Notes under the pieces: model-generated
The model's database searches: none
The model's input: the letters and a program-made list of their open reading frames with translations, nothing else
What the model was told of the DNA's origin: nothing
NCBI GenBank assembly: GCA_965242965.1
Contig: OZ251518.1
Location: forward strand, 960,001-1,024,000
DNA from: Candidatus Poribacteria bacterium
Lineage (GTDB): Bacteria; Poribacteria; WGA-4E; WGA-3G
Length of the DNA: 64,000 bases
Direction: 5' to 3'
Translations under genes and position numbers: made by a program
Part shown: positions 55,784-64,000 of the stretch, in pieces
How positions within the stretch are numbered: the first letter of the stretch is position 1
How the letters are laid out: each line of letters starts with the position of its first letter

Positions 55784-56554
55784 TTATTTCCGCAAGATGC
55801 ATGACAACAACTCACTATCTACAGACGAATGGGCAATCCAAAACGGCGATGCCGCTATTTCTTCCCTGAGGTCAGCTGCTAAAAAGAAGTGGACGTAATT
55901 CGGCGTGCCGAGTGTGAAATTGTCACCTGCCTCTAGCGTCTCGTAGTCGGAAGCGAATTGATGGTAGTTGTCATCGTAAGTGGATTCGTAACTGTCACAG
56001 AAAGAATCGAGAATTTGCTGAGATAGGTAGAAATATCCGTTTGGCGTTAGTATTCGAGCGATTTCTGCCAAAAAAGCGATTCGTGCTGCGCGGTGTGGGA
56101 TATAGCAGTAGGTTTTCACCAAGAACGCCGCGTCAAATGAGGCATTGGGAAACGGCAATGTCGGCGGTTCGTAGCGGAGGAACGTTGCGCTGCAGTCACG
56201 TTGTTGGGCGAATTGTTGTGCTTGCGCAATCTGTTCTTCTGCGACATCAATGCCGGTGGTGGCATATTCTTGTTTCGCGAGTGCAAAGACGAGCCGCCCC
56301 GTTGCGCAGCCGATGTCAAGGCATCGGCTACCTGCCGGGAGCGCATCAACGAATGCCTGTTCGGTTTTGGAGAGCCCGTTGTCCGCTTCGTTGCTGCGTT
56401 GGGAGAGTTCTTCGGGGCGGTTGAACCATGCCTTTACGGAGTTGCGCAGGGATTGGGATTCCGTGTTCACCTTATCATCTTCAATAGAGGCATGGGCACT
56501 ATTTTTCGCCGAATTCTCGCGTTGCGGTTTGCTGAGCACGGCGTGCTTTTTCAC
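55784..56554 (-). CDS. Class I SAM-dependent methyltransferase
   Basis: CLDIGCATG, GIDVA, LPFPNASFD, RILTPNG. Confidence 0.88.
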   Translation of the reverse strand: MKKHAVLSKPQRENSAKNSAHASIEDDKVNTESQSLRNSVKAWFNRPEELSQRSNEADNGLSKTEQAFVDALPAGSRCLDIGCATGRLVFALAKQEYATTGIDVAEEQIAQAQQFAQQRDCSATFLRYEPPTLPFPNASFDAAFLVKTYCYIPHRAARIAFLAEIARILTPNGYFYLSQQILDSFCDSYESTYDDNYHQFASDYETLEAGDNFTLGTPNYVHFFLAADLREEIAASPFWIAHSSVDSELLSCILRK

Positions 56555-57512
56555 TTTTTTGTTCCTTCTGCGCGGCGGCGACGCTCAATGCGAGTGCGTC
56601 GAATTTACCGGCGAGTGCGTCGATTCGGATTTCAAGTTCCTTTTTCGTTTCGGCGACGCTGTCGGCTAAAGCGGCGAGTTTGCGTTCCATCTCTGCTTTT
56701 GAGACGTTGCTATCGGCGGCGAGTGCGTCAAATTTGCCGGCGAGCGCGGCGAGTTTGCGTTCCATCTCCGTTTGAAAGAGAGCGACATCGGTGGAGAGAT
56801 GGTCGAATTTCTCAGAGAGAAGGTTAAATTTGTCGGCGAGTGCCTCGAATTTCGCTTCAAGCTCCTCTTTCGTTTCGGCGACACTGTCGGCGAGTGCCTC
56901 GAATTTCGCTACCATCTCCCGTTTGAAAAGTTCGACTTCCTTAGTGAGGTTGTCAAATTTGGCACCGAGCGTGTCAAACCGGCTGTCCATTATGCGATTC
57001 GTTAAGGCGACGTTTGCCGCCACGTTGGCTATCTGCTCGGTGAGATTCTGATGTGAAATGTCCAGTCTCTCAGCAAGCTGCTGATAGGCAGCCTTCAACT
57101 GTTCAACAGCATTTCGCTGCGAATTCTCCATCTGGTCCATCCGATTGGACAGTTCATCATGAGAAGTTCGCTGCGAATTCTCCATCTGGCTCAACTGATT
57201 GGAGAGCTCACCGTGAGACTGTTGCTGCGAATTCTCTGTCTGGTCCAGCCGACTGGAGAGTTCGGCATGAGAAGTTCGCTGCGAATTCTCCATCCGGTCC
57301 ATCCGATTGGACAGTTCTGCCCGCAGATTTTGAAATGCCGCCTCTATCCGCTCGGCGAAATTCCGTTGTGAATTCTCCATCCGGTCTAACCGATTAGAGA
57401 GTTCGTCTTGTTTTCGTTTTCGGTTCCACAGCCATGCTGCGAGTAAGGCGATGCCGGTGGCGATGAGGGATGTGAGGATGCCCGGCAGCATTTCTACGAG
57501 AAACGTGTTCAT
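56499..57512 (-). CDS. Membrane-anchored coiled-coil repeat protein, paralogue 2
   Basis: N-terminal TM helix + RKRK, 18-aa ELSNRMDxMENSQR repeats, KFEALA repeats. Confidence 0.75.
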   Translation of the reverse strand: MNTFLVEMLPGILTSLIATGIALLAAWLWNRKRKQDELSNRLDRMENSQRNFAERIEAAFQNLRAELSNRMDRMENSQRTSHAELSSRLDQTENSQQQSHGELSNQLSQMENSQRTSHDELSNRMDQMENSQRNAVEQLKAAYQQLAERLDISHQNLTEQIANVAANVALTNRIMDSRFDTLGAKFDNLTKEVELFKREMVAKFEALADSVAETKEELEAKFEALADKFNLLSEKFDHLSTDVALFQTEMERKLAALAGKFDALAADSNVSKAEMERKLAALADSVAETKKELEIRIDALAGKFDALALSVAAAQKEQKSEKARRAQQTATREFGEK

Positions 57513-57542
57513 AAGAGATTCCTCCTTTTTTTGTTTAAGGAT

Positions 57543-57571
57543 AGTATACCGTGAAACTTCAGGAATGTCAA
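57543..57571 (-). promoter_or_regulatory. Promoter of paralogue 2
   Basis: TTGACA-17 bp-TATACT, duplicated at 58379-58407. Confidence 0.75.
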
Positions 57572-57588
57572 GCGATATTTTCGGTTTA

Positions 57589-58344
57589 TCAGCGGCAGTC
57601 CGTTTTCTGTTCTGCGTCTTGCCGGTCTCGGCGTGCTTTTTCGGTATTCTGCGCGGCGGCGACGCTCAATGCGAGTGCGTCGAATTTACCGGCGAGTGCG
57701 TCGATTCGGATTTCAAGTTCCTTTTTCGTTTCGGCGACGCTGTCCGATAAAGCGGCGAGTTTGCGTTCCATCTCTGCTTTTGAGACGTTGCCATCGGCGG
57801 CGAGTGCGTCAAATTTGCCGGTGAGTGCGGCGAGTTTGCGTTCCATCTCCGTTTGGAAGAGGCCGACATCTGCAGCCAGCCGGTCGAATTTCGCCTCAAG
57901 TTCCTTCCTAGATAGGGCGACGGTGACAGACAATGCCTCGAATTTCGCCTCAAGTTCCTTTTTCGTCTCGGCGACGCTATCGGCGAGTGCCTCGAATTTC
58001 GCTACCATCTCCCGTTTGAAAAGTTCGACTTCCTTGGTGAGGTTGTCAAATTTGGCACCGAGCGTGTCAAACCGACTGTCCATTATGCGATTCGTTAAGG
58101 CGACGCTTGCCGCCACATTCGCTATCTGCTCGGCGAGATGCTGATGCGAAGCCTCCAGCCGGTCCAGCCAATTGGAGAGCTCGGCATGAGAGTTTTGACG
58201 CGAATTCTCCATCCGGTCTAGCCGATTGGAGAGTTCGTCTTGTTTTCGTTTTCGGTTCCACAGCCATGCTGCGAGTAAGGCGATGCCAGTCGCGATGAGG
58301 GATGTGAGGATGCCCGGCAGCATTTCTACGAGAAACGTATTCAT
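57589..58344 (-). CDS. Membrane-anchored coiled-coil repeat protein, paralogue 1
   Basis: First 47 aa identical to 56499-57512; fewer internal repeats. Confidence 0.75.
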   Translation of the reverse strand: MNTFLVEMLPGILTSLIATGIALLAAWLWNRKRKQDELSNRLDRMENSRQNSHAELSNWLDRLEASHQHLAEQIANVAASVALTNRIMDSRFDTLGAKFDNLTKEVELFKREMVAKFEALADSVAETKKELEAKFEALSVTVALSRKELEAKFDRLAADVGLFQTEMERKLAALTGKFDALAADGNVSKAEMERKLAALSDSVAETKKELEIRIDALAGKFDALALSVAAAQNTEKARRDRQDAEQKTDCR

Positions 58345-58378
58345 AAGAGATTCCTCCTCTTTTTTGTTGGTTAAGAGT

Positions 58379-58407
58379 AGTATATCATGAAACTTTAGGA
58401 ATGTCAA
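58379..58407 (-). promoter_or_regulatory. Promoter of paralogue 1
   Basis: TTGACA-17 bp-TATACT. Confidence 0.75.
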
Positions 58408-58597
58408 GTGGTTTTTTGGGTTTATTGGGATTCGGTTAGATTTTCGTCATTTTTGGCATGGCGAGGGACAGGCCCTCGCCCTACGGTAGCGGGGACAGAT
58501 TGAGATACATACGGTGAGGGACAAGCACCTCGCCCTACGTTCGTAGGGACAGATTGGGATATAGCGAGGGACAAGTCCTCACCCGACAGGTGTTGTT

Positions 58598-59092
58598 CTA
58601 AGTTGCGTGTCCGATGAGTAATATCGCCGCGGGGAGCGATGTCGCTTCTGCCTTCGCGAAGGCACGGGCAATGCACCCAATATCCCCCTCGGTCTCCAGC
58701 ATTTCGTAAGGCAAACGCCACGCTCTCAACGTCGGTTCAAGGAAGGTGGCGACAGAGTCTATCCACTGCCCCTCGGCATCGCGATTGTGATACCCGCGAT
58801 ACCCAATGAAGATTACTACCGGCACCTGCATGTTGACGACAGTGCCACGGATCGCGTCGCCAGACTCTAAAAAGCCGGTGTTTTGGATGATGATAACGGG
58901 CTGCTTGCCGCCGACGTATAACCCGGATGCAATGGCGAATGCCTCGCCTTCGCGCGTCACCGTGATGACTTCAATGTCGGGTTCTGCACGCAGGCGTTCG
59001 TATATCAGCGCGCTGCCGTTATCGGGAACGCCTACGGCGTGCGTGATGCCCTGTTCTTTTAATGCGTTAACGATGTTTTGTGCTGATGCCAT
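58598..59092 (-). CDS. ThDP enzyme PYR-domain subunit (sulfopyruvate/phosphonopyruvate decarboxylase alpha-like)
   Basis: GVPD, TREGEAFAIASG, IQNTG, IGYRG. Confidence 0.8.
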   Translation of the reverse strand: MASAQNIVNALKEQGITHAVGVPDNGSALIYERLRAEPDIEVITVTREGEAFAIASGLYVGGKQPVIIIQNTGFLESGDAIRGTVVNMQVPVVIFIGYRGYHNRDAEGQWIDSVATFLEPTLRAWRLPYEMLETEGDIGCIARAFAKAEATSLPAAILLIGHAT

Positions 59093-59169
59093 TTTTTGCT
59101 CCTATTAGCGTCTTATTGCGGTTAGGAATGGGCGGATGTGGACATCCGCCCTGACTAGAGATTGCGCAT

Positions 59170-61113
59170 CTACTGCCGCCCTTCAACTAATGCATCAACT
59201 ACCGTCGGATCGGCGAGGGTGGAGGTGTCACCCAGGTCGGTGATGTCGCCTTCGGCGATTTTGCGGAGGATGCGCCGCATAATCTTCCCGGAACGGGTTT
59301 TCGGCAACGCTGGCGTGAACTGAATCTTGTCGGGCGTAGCGATGGGCCCGATGTGCTGACGCACCGCGAGTTTTATGCCGCTCGCCACTTCATCCGATGC
59401 AGATTCGCCTGTCATTAGGGTGACATACGCATAGATGCCTTGTCCCTTAATATCGTGCGGGTATCCGACTACCGCGGCTTCTGCCACCGCAACATGTTGT
59501 CCTACCGCGCCTTCTACTTCGGCTGTGCCGAGCCGATGCCCAGAGACGTTCAACACGTCATCAACGCGGCCCGTGATCCAGTAGTAGCCGTCCTCATCGC
59601 GCGTCACGCCGTCGCCTGTCATGTAGTAGCCGGGAAACCGCCGAAAATAGGTATCAAGAAACCGCCCGTGGTCTCCGTAAACAGTGCGCATGATACCGGG
59701 CCACGCCGTTTTGATACAGAGATACCCTGTGGCGGGATTGCCCTCTACTTCGTTGCCTGCCTCGTCCAAAATTACCGGTTCGATGCCGAAGAAGGGAAAC
59801 GTCGCAGACCCTGGTTTCAGCGGCGTTGCCGCGGGCAGGGGAGTCATCAGAATTCCGCCTGTTTCGGTTTGCCACCACGTATCAACGATGGGGCATCGCT
59901 TTTCGCCGACGGTGTTGTAATACCAGAGCCATTCCGGCTCCTTAATCGGTTCGCCTACTGTGCCGAGCAATCTGAGTGAACTTCTGTCATACTTCTCGAC
60001 GCACTCATTGCCTTCCTTCATCAAGGCGCGCAGTGCTGTGGGTGCGGTGTAGAAGATGTTAATCCGATGTTTCTCGACAACCTGCCAGAACCGTCCGAAG
60101 TCGGGATAGTTCGGCACGCCTTCAAACATGACGGTAATGGCGCGGTTTGCCAGCGGGCCGTAGATAATGTAAGAGTGCCCGGTAATCCAGCCGATATCTG
60201 CTGTGCACCAGTAAACATCGCCTTCGTGGTAGTCAAAAACCTGTTGATGCGTGTAGGCTGCATAAACGAGATAACCGCCGGTGGTGTGCAATACCCCTTT
60301 CGGTTTGCCTGTGGAGCCGGAGGTATAGAGGATGAAAAGCGGTTCTTCGGCATCCATGGGTTCAGGTGCGCATTCGGCATCGGCGGTTGCCATCGCTTGG
60401 TGCCACCAGACATCGCGCGCGGCATCAAAGTCCACCGCGTCGCCGGTGCGTTGCACGACGATAATCTTCTCAATGGAGGGACATTCGGCGACGGCCGCGT
60501 CGGCGTTCGCTTTCATCGGGATGTCACTGCGTGCTCCTCGCATGGCGGTATCCTGCGTTATCAGCATCTTGCACGCCGAGTCGTTAATCCGGTCGCGGAG
60601 GGATTCCGCCGAGAACGCGCCGAAGACGATGGAGTGGATGGCACCGATGCGCGCGCATGCCAGCATCGCAATCGCTAATTCCGGCACCATTTGGAGATAG
60701 ATGCACACCCTGTCGCCTTTGCGGATACCCTGCGTTTTTAGCACATTGGCGAACTTTTTCACCTCGGCGAGGAGTTCGCTGTAGGTGAAGTGCTTATCTT
60801 CGGTGGGAGAATTGCCTTCCCAGATAATTGCTGTGGCATCGCCGTGTCCCGCTTCAACATGCCTGTCGAGGCAGTTATAGCAGGCGTTGAGGGTGCCGCC
60901 TTCAAACCATTTGATTTCGCCGTTGACAAAATCGTAATCGCGCACGGTATCCCATTTCTGATACCATGTTACCCGTTCTGCGATGTTTGCCCAAAACGCC
61001 CCCGGGTCTTGAATGGATTCGGCATATTGCGTTTGATATGCTTCGAGACTGCTGACGTGCGCTGCACCGATGGGATACGCTGTCTCTGTCGGTGGAAAAA
61101 TGTTGTTGTTCAT
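59170..61113 (-). CDS. acs: Acetyl-CoA synthetase
   Basis: [58 protein letters not shown]. Confidence 0.96.
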   Translation of the reverse strand: MNNNIFPPTETAYPIGAAHVSSLEAYQTQYAESIQDPGAFWANIAERVTWYQKWDTVRDYDFVNGEIKWFEGGTLNACYNCLDRHVEAGHGDATAIIWEGNSPTEDKHFTYSELLAEVKKFANVLKTQGIRKGDRVCIYLQMVPELAIAMLACARIGAIHSIVFGAFSAESLRDRINDSACKMLITQDTAMRGARSDIPMKANADAAVAECPSIEKIIVVQRTGDAVDFDAARDVWWHQAMATADAECAPEPMDAEEPLFILYTSGSTGKPKGVLHTTGGYLVYAAYTHQQVFDYHEGDVYWCTADIGWITGHSYIIYGPLANRAITVMFEGVPNYPDFGRFWQVVEKHRINIFYTAPTALRALMKEGNECVEKYDRSSLRLLGTVGEPIKEPEWLWYYNTVGEKRCPIVDTWWQTETGGILMTPLPAATPLKPGSATFPFFGIEPVILDEAGNEVEGNPATGYLCIKTAWPGIMRTVYGDHGRFLDTYFRRFPGYYMTGDGVTRDEDGYYWITGRVDDVLNVSGHRLGTAEVEGAVGQHVAVAEAAVVGYPHDIKGQGIYAYVTLMTGESASDEVASGIKLAVRQHIGPIATPDKIQFTPALPKTRSGKIMRRILRKIAEGDITDLGDTSTLADPTVVDALVEGRQ

Positions 61114-61131
61114 GATTTAGTTCTCCTATGT

Positions 61132-61325
61132 TTGCGGGGGACAGGCCCCCGCGCTATGTTTCTAACTGGGCAAGAGCAGGTGCTCTTGCCCTACTACGTT
61201 TGCGGGGGACAGGCCCCCGCGCTACGGGTTTGGAACGTTTTTGATGTTTGCGGGGGACAGGCCCCCGCGCTACGGATTCGGAACGTTTTTGACCGGGCAT
61301 CGAGACCAGGAGGTCTCTCCTACCC
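61132..61325. repeat. REP cluster upstream of acs
   Basis: Three GCGGGGGACAGGCCCCCGCGCTA copies, GGGCAAGAGCAGGTGCTCTTGCCCTAC and TCGAGACCAGGAGGTCTCTCCTAC. Confidence 0.85.
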
Positions 61326-61422
61326 TCCGCGATATGTTACAAGAACGTTTTTAGATTATCATAAGATGCTAGAATTGTCAAGCAGGATGTCCTCGATAAA
61401 TGCTGTTTGCAATCGCGCTATC

Positions 61423-62154
61423 TCATCCGTAGCGCGAGACGGTAACGGCGACAACATCCATTGTCATTGCGACGAGCCAGTGGATTGCGGCACCATAAAG
61501 AAAAGAGCGCGTCTCCAAAGCAAGCACGCCGAGTAGCACACCGGCAAAGATTGAACCAATCGCCTCCGGCATGGGTTTGGAATAGTGCAGGACAGCGAAA
61601 GGAATCGTCTGGATGAGGATGGCGTAATTTCCGAATCGTCGTTCCAGTCCGAAGAGCATGAATCCGCGAAAGAAGAATTCCCACGAGAACATGTAAACGC
61701 CGTAAGCGAGTTGATAAAGCAGGAACGCCTGCCAGTTTGCATCGACAGCCTTGCAAAGCGGATATTTCTCGCGGAAAGGCGGATACACTAGCACCGCGCC
61801 AATGACGACCGGTATCATGACTAGCCACGCCGCTCCTGTCACACTCCAGCCGAGTTTCTGATTGCCCAACCGACATCCGTAATCGCGGAGCCGCGCTGGC
61901 GTTCCATATTTAGCGACGAGCGCGGGCAGGCAGAATAGCGTAAGTCCTGTAGTCAAAAACCAGTAATAGTAAGGATGACTCTCTGGGAGCGGGAGATTTT
62001 CAAAGAACGTGGCGAAGTGCATCCGGAAGACTCGTGTGCGGCTGTAAGCCCGGTGCAATGTCAAAATTAGTGCTGAAGCGAGCAGAATGAGTGTCGCCTG
62101 CCGTTCCCATCCGTGCAGATATTTTTCTCGTAATCTTTGGAGATGCAAATTCAC
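61423..62154 (-). CDS. CPBP (Abi/CAAX) intramembrane glutamic protease
   Basis: WEFFFRG, FAVLHYSKP, AAIH motifs; multiple TM helices. Confidence 0.88.
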   Translation of the reverse strand: MNLHLQRLREKYLHGWERQATLILLASALILTLHRAYSRTRVFRMHFATFFENLPLPESHPYYYWFLTTGLTLFCLPALVAKYGTPARLRDYGCRLGNQKLGWSVTGAAWLVMIPVVIGAVLVYPPFREKYPLCKAVDANWQAFLLYQLAYGVYMFSWEFFFRGFMLFGLERRFGNYAILIQTIPFAVLHYSKPMPEAIGSIFAGVLLGVLALETRSFLYGAAIHWLVAMTMDVVAVTVSRYG

Positions 62155-62226
62155 ATTTCACCTTGACATCCTGTGCATTTTCGGGTATTATATCACAATG
62201 GGCATTTTTATGAAAGGTTTGGGACG

Positions 62227-63246
62227 ATGAGCGAACTTGAAGGAATCAACCGCATTTTAATCGTCAGGCTTGCGCCGCTCGGGGAAACGGTTTTGACAAC
62301 GCCGGTTATCCGCGCGTTACGAAACCGATTTCCCGATGCCTACATCGCCTACATGGCGGCACCGACGCGAGAGGATTTGGTATCGGCGAACCCGCATCTG
62401 GACGCGGTGCTAACCTATCCGGCTTCGGTACCGAAACTGATGTATCGACTCGTTCGGGAGAGATTTCAGATGGCGGTGGTGCTGCAGCCGACGTTTCGAT
62501 TGGTGTTACACACCTTTCTCGCGAGAATTCCGTTTCGTGTGGGGTTTGAGACGAACACTGGCGGGAGGAGATTGCTCAGCGTCGCCGTGCCGAATAACAC
62601 GCATCAGCATGAGACGCGGCGTTATCTGGATGTTGTGCGCGCGCTCGGCGTTGAAGGCGAATTAGATGATGAACCCGAAGTCTTCGTGAGTGACGCGGCG
62701 CGGGGGTGGGCAAATCGGTTTCTTGAAAAACAGAAGATTGATGACGGCAGAGCAGTTATTGGGCTTAACCCGGGTGCGGCGACGACGTATCGCCGCTGGC
62801 AGAGCGAAAATTTCGCAATTGTCGGGGATAAATTGCGTCAGGTTTATGACGCGCATATCGTTATTACGGCGGGACCCCGAGAGGGGGAACTTGCGAATCA
62901 GATAGCGAATCAGATGGCGCGTCCGCCTGTTACCGTTAATAACACAACGCCGATGCAACTCGCCGCGCTGCTGCAACGGTGTCGCCTCTACATTAGCAAT
63001 GACACCGGTCCGATGCACTTAAGCACTGCGGTGAAAACGCCGACTGTTGCGCTGTTTGGTGCGTCAAACCCGTTGCAATGGGGGCCGCCGTGGGAGAAGC
63101 ATACAATTATCGCACGCGAGGGGTGTCCGTTCATGCGGACGCTCTCGCCGAAAGCGTGGGATGAACATGCCGAAATCGCACGCCAAAACCTCGCGGCGAT
63201 TACGCCGGCCGCGGTGATGGAAGAAGTGGAGAAGATGAAATGGTGA
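62227..63246 (+). CDS. Glycosyltransferase family 9 (heptosyltransferase-like)
   Basis: ILIVRLAPLGE, IGLNPGA...RRW, ISNDTGPMHL; promoter TTGACA-17-TATTAT at 62163-62191. Confidence 0.9.
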   Translation: MSELEGINRILIVRLAPLGETVLTTPVIRALRNRFPDAYIAYMAAPTREDLVSANPHLDAVLTYPASVPKLMYRLVRERFQMAVVLQPTFRLVLHTFLARIPFRVGFETNTGGRRLLSVAVPNNTHQHETRRYLDVVRALGVEGELDDEPEVFVSDAARGWANRFLEKQKIDDGRAVIGLNPGAATTYRRWQSENFAIVGDKLRQVYDAHIVITAGPREGELANQIANQMARPPVTVNNTTPMQLAALLQRCRLYISNDTGPMHLSTAVKTPTVALFGASNPLQWGPPWEKHTIIAREGCPFMRTLSPKAWDEHAEIARQNLAAITPAAVMEEVEKMKW

Positions 63247-64000
63247 ACGCCGAAAAAGAACGGGTTATCCTTAACGCCTTGAAAAATGTTCGCGCTCGAA
63301 TGCATCGGCAAGTCCTTTTGCAAAAGATGACAAGCGCGGTATTTTGTGGACTCCTGTTGCTGGCGATGCTGTTTGTGATGAACCGTTTCGTCCCGCTGCC
63401 TATCTTTGCGGACGAGCACGGGGGACAGGCTCCTGTGCTCCGTTACGTTGGCACGGTTGGATTTGCGCTGCTCGTCGTTTTGGGGGCAGGCGGTGTGGGT
63501 ATCTGCCTCAGTTTCAGGTGTCGAAAGGATTTACGGACGGTGGCGCGCAGCGTTGACTTGCAGATGGGGCTCAAGGAACGGTTGGGAACGGCGTATGAAT
63601 TAATAGATACGATGGCGCGGGCCAGACCTTCGCCCGGCGGGGAGGAGAGTGCCGGCGGTTTTGCGTATCTCCAAATCCGAGATGCCGCGAACGCCGTTTT
63701 GGAGTGCCAAGCCCGCCTGCACACGGCTTTTCCGTATCGCGTGCCCGGCATCCTAAAAGCGTTTCCGATACCACTGCTGTTCATCGCGCTCTCTTTTGCG
63801 GTGCCGTTGCGCTATGATGTGCCGTTGCCGCTCACTGCCGCGCAACAGAACGCAGTCAATGCCGCGGTGCAGAATCTTGAAAAGATGCAGGCGGATGCTC
63901 CAACGCTACAAGCGCAGATTCGTGAAACGGTGGACAACTTGAAAACGGCGAAGGATGTGCGCGAGGCGCAGACGCAGTTGAGTGCATTGAATGCCGCAGT
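63240..64000 (+). CDS. Hypothetical membrane protein with coiled-coil region; 3'-truncated by the window edge
   Basis: Open frame MVNAEKERVILNALKNVRAR..., TM helices, VDLQMGLKERLGTAYEL...LQIRDAA; absent from the ORF track because it has no stop in the window. Confidence 0.75.
   Translation, partial: MVNAEKERVILNALKNVRARMHRQVLLQKMTSAVFCGLLLLAMLFVMNRFVPLPIFADEHGGQAPVLRYVGTVGFALLVVLGAGGVGICLSFRCRKDLRTVARSVDLQMGLKERLGTAYELIDTMARARPSPGGEESAGGFAYLQIRDAANAVLECQARLHTAFPYRVPGILKAFPIPLLFIALSFAVPLRYDVPLPLTAAQQNAVNAAVQNLEKMQADAPTLQAQIRETVDNLKTAKDVREAQTQLSALNAA

Overview
Chromosomal window of a GC-rich diderm bacterium, most likely Candidatus Poribacteria. This is an inference from the dockerin-like repeats, the 'LLPNYPNPFNPETWVPYQL' C-terminal domain, the C-terminal 'LTTTWxxxK' motifs, and the LamG, CRTAC1, PhyH and sulfatase genes. 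Housekeeping genes include a lolB-like gene, ispE, tRNA-Gln, rplY, an amidase, a GerMN gene, pth, mutS and acs. Notable items: (1) an IS607 element whose TnpB has the rearranged RuvC site of the Fanzor-ancestral clade; (2) a solo IS200/IS605 tnpB element inserted precisely into a glyoxalase/VOC gene, so its TAM (TTTAT), right end (TCAA) and guide can be read directly, with a strongly structured 5' leader; (3) a UGA-recoded UxxC selenoprotein with a SECIS-like hairpin, which the ORF track splits in two; (4) a HindVP-like R-M system whose predicted site GRCGYC I could not find anywhere in the window; (5) a MITE family with a 15-bp TIR and 8-9-bp TSD, built from GTAG-REP hairpins and sitting next to sigma70-type promoters; (6) at least 8 REP families, some retained in frame inside a CDS; (7) an ATPase plus PD-(D/E)xK pair that is a candidate defence module; (8) a sigma-factor island with an operator-like repeat array and a stranded paralogue tail. 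I saw no CRISPR array, rRNA, reverse transcriptase or prophage. All counts and alignments were done by eye.
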